This document shows positions 16,948 to 19,766 of a stretch of 19,766 nt of DNA, in pieces. Position numbers and translations under genes: made by a program. How positions within the stretch are numbered: the stretch's first letter is position 1; the number at the start of each line of letters is the position of its first letter. The stretch lies in NCBI GenBank assembly GCA_040755315.1, contig JBFMBF010000021.1, positions 1 to 19,766 on the forward strand. The letters are read 5' to 3'. This stretch comes from Candidatus Hadarchaeota archaeon. GTDB lineage: Archaea; Hadarchaeota; Hadarchaeia; Hadarchaeales; Hadarchaeaceae. The notes under the pieces were generated by a model that searched no databases, was not told where the DNA came from, and saw nothing but the letters and a program-made list of their open reading frames with translations.

Positions 16948-17736
16948 TCAGCCTGGGATGACGTTCCCGGTCCTCTCGAGCTTTATTTTCAGCTTTTCAG
17001 CGGCGGCCTGACAGACAGACCTCTGCTCGGCGCTCATTCCTTTCCAGTCGGCGAGCAAAATCTCGGCGCCTCCGCTGGTTCTCCGGACGGCCTCTTCCAA
17101 GAGCTCTTCGGTGAAGCTGATGTATTTGGGGATGATGTGTCCAACGCCGACGTTTGTCTTCAAGGATACCTCAGTGTGACGCGGAGCATAGTGTGGCCCG
17201 CCGACACCCACGGCACCCGGAACCCCTCTTGTTTCTCTGGCGGCTGCCATTATTGACCGAGCGACTGCTTCGCCAGCCTTCTCGTCCTGCCACTGCCCCA
17301 GTTTGCTGCCAATCTCAACGAATGTGACTGGGACTTCCAGATTGGTTGGTCCATGGTGAGTGGCTTCGAGAGAAACGTCATGCACGAGCCCAAGTTCGTC
17401 CCGCGCCAAGAGCAGGGCGTTCAGGGCAGATTTAACAGTCGATGGAGAGGAAAAAGCCAATTCACGCTTCTCTAGCTCTCCTGGCGCATGCACAGTGAGA
17501 GACGGCCTGCCCGCCTCGCTCGCGTGCCTCGACGCGACAATCACTTCGGCGACATCAAACGGCAGAGCGGAAATTTGAGCCACTCCGCCACTCACCTTTA
17601 ACATTGCAACACTTTCTTTTTCACCGATGTAGGCGTTTGGTTTTTCAGAATATTTCTCAAAATCATATAGGTCAAGAAGACGTTCCGATATATTCCGCGC
17701 AGCGGGATCTTGTGACGATGCCAAGATGAGTTTCAT
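16948..17736 (-). CDS. dtdA: D-aminoacyl-tRNA deacylase (archaeal DTD2)
   Basis: SSQDPAARNI, SRHAS, LTVHAPG, EATHHGPT, FVEIGS, GGPHYAP, GHIIPKY; start at MKLILAS (17736). Confidence 0.93.
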   Translation of the reverse strand: MKLILASSQDPAARNISERLLDLYDFEKYSEKPNAYIGEKESVAMLKVSGGVAQISALPFDVAEVIVASRHASEAGRPSLTVHAPGELEKRELAFSSPSTVKSALNALLLARDELGLVHDVSLEATHHGPTNLEVPVTFVEIGSKLGQWQDEKAGEAVARSIMAAARETRGVPGAVGVGGPHYAPRHTEVSLKTNVGVGHIIPKYISFTEELLEEAVRRTSGGAEILLADWKGMSAEQRSVCQAAAEKLKIKLERTGNVIPG

Positions 17737-17768
17737 CTGAAATAAGTGCCCGCGCAACCAAAAATAGG

Positions 17769-17784
17769 TGGTGGGCCCGGAGGG
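17769..17784. repeat. 16-bp direct repeat of the tRNA-Val 3' end (att-like)
   Basis: TGGTGGGCCCGGAGGG at 17769-17784 is identical to 18612-18627 (3' end of tRNA-Val including CCA). Confidence 0.85.
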
Positions 17785-17830
17785 TCCCGAGTTAAAATGG
17801 GTATGGGTCCACCTAGAAAACACGGCTATT

Positions 17831-18241
17831 TCACTTGAGAATTTTTAGCATCTTGTCTACTGTTATTATTTTGATGCCTTTGAAGCTCTTCAGAGAAGTG
17901 AGATGTTTATCCCCCGAAACAATGTAATCTGCGTGGGCACTGTACGCAGTATTCACAATAACATCGTCTTTTGGGTCCTCTTTTACTACCCTAAACTTGC
18001 TCATGACTTCCACCAGAATCATTCTTTTGCCAAGATACCTGAGGAACTCGCTCACATCAGTGCCGCTAACATATCGCCTAATCCTGTCTCTAGCCAAAAC
18101 TGAAATCATCTCATCCAACAAAGGCTTGGAACTGACCAGCTTGGCATCGACCCCGTCTATTCTTAAAACAAGCTGTCGCGGTTTGCCTCCGCTTATCAAA
18201 GCTGAAATGAGAACATTGGTGTCCGCAACTATCTTGATCAT
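17831..18241 (-). CDS. vapC: PIN-domain toxin (VapC-like)
   Basis: IVADTNVLISAL, E in LLDEM, EDPKDDVIVNTA, IVSGDKHL: acidic PIN tetrad. Confidence 0.9.
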   Translation of the reverse strand: MIKIVADTNVLISALISGGKPRQLVLRIDGVDAKLVSSKPLLDEMISVLARDRIRRYVSGTDVSEFLRYLGKRMILVEVMSKFRVVKEDPKDDVIVNTAYSAHADYIVSGDKHLTSLKSFKGIKIITVDKMLKILK

Positions 18242-18511
18242 TTATCTGCCTTTGTTTCTGTAGTCGTGGACTAGTTTGAATATCTCTTTTTCTGTAATCC
18301 CACCGTATCGCTTCACACGTTCATCAACGCGTTTAAAAACCGCCTCAAGCTTTCGCCTTTCTTGTTCAAGGTCGATTTTTCTCATTATCACCGCATCCCC
18401 ACGCCCAGCGACCAACATCTTCGTTTTCGGTTTCAAGCCAAGCTTTGTCCTCAACTTCCTGGGTATAACTATCTGTCCCCTCTCGCCAACTACGCTAATT
18501 TCTTCTTTCAA
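18242..18511 (-). CDS. AbrB/MazE/SpoVT-family antitoxin
   Basis: VVGERGQIVIPRKLRTKLGLKPKTKMLV; abuts the PIN gene. Start probably TTG 18511 (GGTGG RBS); the track's ATG 18535 lies within the promoter region. Confidence 0.88.
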   Translation of the reverse strand: MKEEISVVGERGQIVIPRKLRTKLGLKPKTKMLVAGRGDAVIMRKIDLEQERRKLEAVFKRVDERVKRYGGITEKEIFKLVHDYRNKGR

Positions 18512-18523
18512 TATGCCCACCAA

Positions 18524-18553
18524 TATGAAATTCATACTTTTAAGTATTTATAA
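18524..18553 (-). promoter_or_regulatory. TA promoter with overlapping inverted repeats (candidate antitoxin operator)
   Basis: Minus-strand TTATAAAT (18546-18553); palindromes TATGAA-A-TTCATA (18524-18536) and ATACTT-TT-AAGTAT (18534-18547). Confidence 0.6.
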
Positions 18554-18611
18554 CTGAGGGTTACCTCAAAAGGCAAGTTTGGTTAGGCACATTTTATCCT
18601 CAATTCTCAAA

Positions 18612-18716
18612 TGGTGGGCCCGGAGGGATTCGAACCCTCGATCCCCACCATGTCAAGGTGGTGTTTGTTAGGGAAAAAGCGGTCTTTTTCCCTCATAACC
18701 GCTAGACCACGGGCCC
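18612..18716 (-). tRNA. tRNA-Val(GAC) with 29-nt intron at 23/24 (18665-18693)
   Basis: Spliced: GGGCCCG-TG-GTCT-AGCGGTTA-TG|AC-A-CCACC-TTGACAT-GGTGG-GGATC-GAGGG-TTCGAAT-CCCTC-CGGGCCC-A-CCA. BHB: GUUA/UAAC helix, UGA and AAA bulges, 9-bp intron stem. Confidence 0.93.
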
Positions 18717-18838
18717 ACAACTTACATGGGATATCGTGCCTATTTTGTTTTGTGGTGAAGGGTGAAAACGAGACTGAACCCTATTCAATCTCTAAAGAAT
18801 AACTTTTTAGCAGCTACACCAAACTGAAGATGATTCCG

Positions 18839-19027
18839 ATGACGCTTGGCCAGCTACTGATTTATCTGGGCGGAGTCATTGCGATTGTGATGGTATGGCG
18901 CGGGCTGTGGGGGCTCATGGACATCTACCTTTTCCCCAACAATCGCAAGCGTAGCTACTGGGCTTCATTTCTCATTGGGTTTATCTTGATCAGCATATTC
19001 TTGTTCCTGTTGCCGCGCTTCCCGTAA
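18839..19027 (+). CDS. Small two-TM membrane protein
   Basis: Two hydrophobic segments around VWRGLWGLMDIYLFP; start ATG at 18839 (or 18830); directly upstream of the Nudix gene. Confidence 0.7.
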   Translation: MTLGQLLIYLGGVIAIVMVWRGLWGLMDIYLFPNNRKRSYWASFLIGFILISIFLFLLPRFP

Positions 19028-19037
19028 TCACTGGAGA

Positions 19038-19457
19038 GTGAAAATTGTGGCAGACGTGGATTTGAAAAAAGTCGTGACGTGTTTTCTTGAACACGGTGGG
19101 AAGATACTCATTCTCAAGCGGGGCGAGAAGGTCAAGACCTACCGGGGGAAGTGGGGCGCCGTCGCTGGATACATGGAGAAAGGTGAAAGCCCGGACGACA
19201 CCGCGCGCAAGGAAATCGCGGAAGAAGTTGGCGTGAAGGACGCGAAGCTCATCGCGCGGGGGGAGCCATACGAGTTCTACGACCTCGATCTGGGCGTGGT
19301 TTGGGCAGTTCATCCCTACAAGTTTGCTGTGGAGTCGGACCAAGTGCACCTGGACTGGGAGCACGTTGAAAGCAAGTGGATACTCCCGGAAGAACTGAAG
19401 CTTTACGACACCGTCCCGATGCTGCGAGAAAGCTGGAAGAAGGTTTCTCGTCCATGA
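19038..19457 (+). CDS. Nudix hydrolase
   Basis: Nudix box GYMEKGESPDDTARKEIAEEVG; LDWEH motif; GGAG RBS before GTG. Confidence 0.9.
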   Translation: MKIVADVDLKKVVTCFLEHGGKILILKRGEKVKTYRGKWGAVAGYMEKGESPDDTARKEIAEEVGVKDAKLIARGEPYEFYDLDLGVVWAVHPYKFAVESDQVHLDWEHVESKWILPEELKLYDTVPMLRESWKKVSRP

Positions 19458-19465
19458 AACTTTTG

Positions 19466-19564
19466 TGGTGGACCGGGCGGGATTTGAACCCGCGACCTCC
19501 CGCATGCCAAGCGGGCATTCAATCTGGTGAGTTTTCTCTCATTGCCAGGCTGAACTACCGGCCC
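19466..19564 (-). tRNA. tRNA-Ala(GGC) with 21-nt D-loop intron at ~20a/21 (19522-19542)
   Basis: Spliced: GGGCCGG-TA-GTTC-AGCCTGGCA|T-GAAT-G-CCCGC-TTGGCAT-GCGGG-AGGTC-GCGGG-TTCAAAT-CCCGC-CCGGTCC-A-CCA. G3:U70 Ala identity pair. BHB: CUGG/CCAG helix, CAA and AUU bulges. Confidence 0.93.
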
Positions 19565-19625
19565 ACCAACTACATTCGGCGTCCTGATTTAAATCAGGGT
19601 GCAAAGTTCACGATTTTTTAAAAAT

Positions 19626-19766
19626 TATAGATAATTGCTATATTTATGTTAGATTGTGAAAGAACGAGCGAATCAGCGATGGCCGCATTTGGATACTCCG
19701 CATGGATGCCAGAGTTTTGGACTTCAATTCCTCGCGGGTTTTGGCGGTGTGCGTTTTCATTTTTCT
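19626..19766 (-). mobile_element. Probable right end of an IS630-family insertion sequence (transposase C-terminus 19644->19766)
   Basis: Minus-strand open frame from the window edge RKMKTHTAKTREELKSKTLASMRSIQMRPSLIRSFFHNLT* resembles IS630 transposase C-termini (..P.LIRSFF). It is followed within 20 nt by ...CTATA, typical of IS630 ends with a TA target. Confidence 0.55.

Larger units (their letters stand above)
17769..18627. mobile_element. tRNA-Val-anchored mini-island carrying only a toxin-antitoxin pair
   Basis: Bounded by the 16-bp tRNA-end repeats and visibly more AT-rich than its flanks; no integrase inside. Confidence 0.65.

Noticed and set aside
17803..17820. TATGGGTCCACCTAGA as a remnant of a second tRNA 3' end
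   Set aside because: Too short, no T-loop signature and no matching copy in the window.
17737..17823. N-terminal extension of dtdA
   Set aside because: It runs across the att-like repeat and intergenic DNA; the family N-terminus starts at MKLILAS.
18611..18802. 63-aa ORF MVGPEGFEPS..., and similar ORFs over 19376-19621 and 18990-19505
   Set aside because: Shadow translations of tRNA genes or antisense to the Nudix gene.

Overview
Archaeal chromosomal window. Evidence: archaeal-type dph5, rpl40e, spt5, secE, ftsZ, dtdA, TATA boxes and BHB-intron tRNAs. The style is reminiscent of Hadarchaeota-like euryarchaea, but that assignment is inference only. The left half (1-11362, + strand) is an uncharacterized five-gene cluster. 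It starts with a 5'-truncated giant (>2990 aa) surface protein: Trp-rich repeats, FN3/Ig-like arrays, an extracellular coiled coil, one TM helix, an intact cytoplasmic HerA/FtsK/VirB4-like ATPase and a repetitive basic tail. This is followed by a coiled-coil protein, a 41-aa zinc-ribbon microprotein missed by the ORF track (preceded by 10-bp tandem repeats), a MinD/ParA ATPase and a DUF835-like protein. The right half is mostly housekeeping: DUF357, dph5, rpl40e, nnrD, class-III aminotransferase, spt5-secE-ftsZ-dtdA and a Nudix hydrolase. It also holds three tRNA genes that all carry non-canonically placed BHB introns: Lys-CTT at 9/10 plus 37/38, Val-GAC at 23/24, and Ala-GGC at about 20a/21. 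A VapBC-only mini-island sits at the tRNA-Val 3' end, and a probable IS630-family end lies at the right edge.
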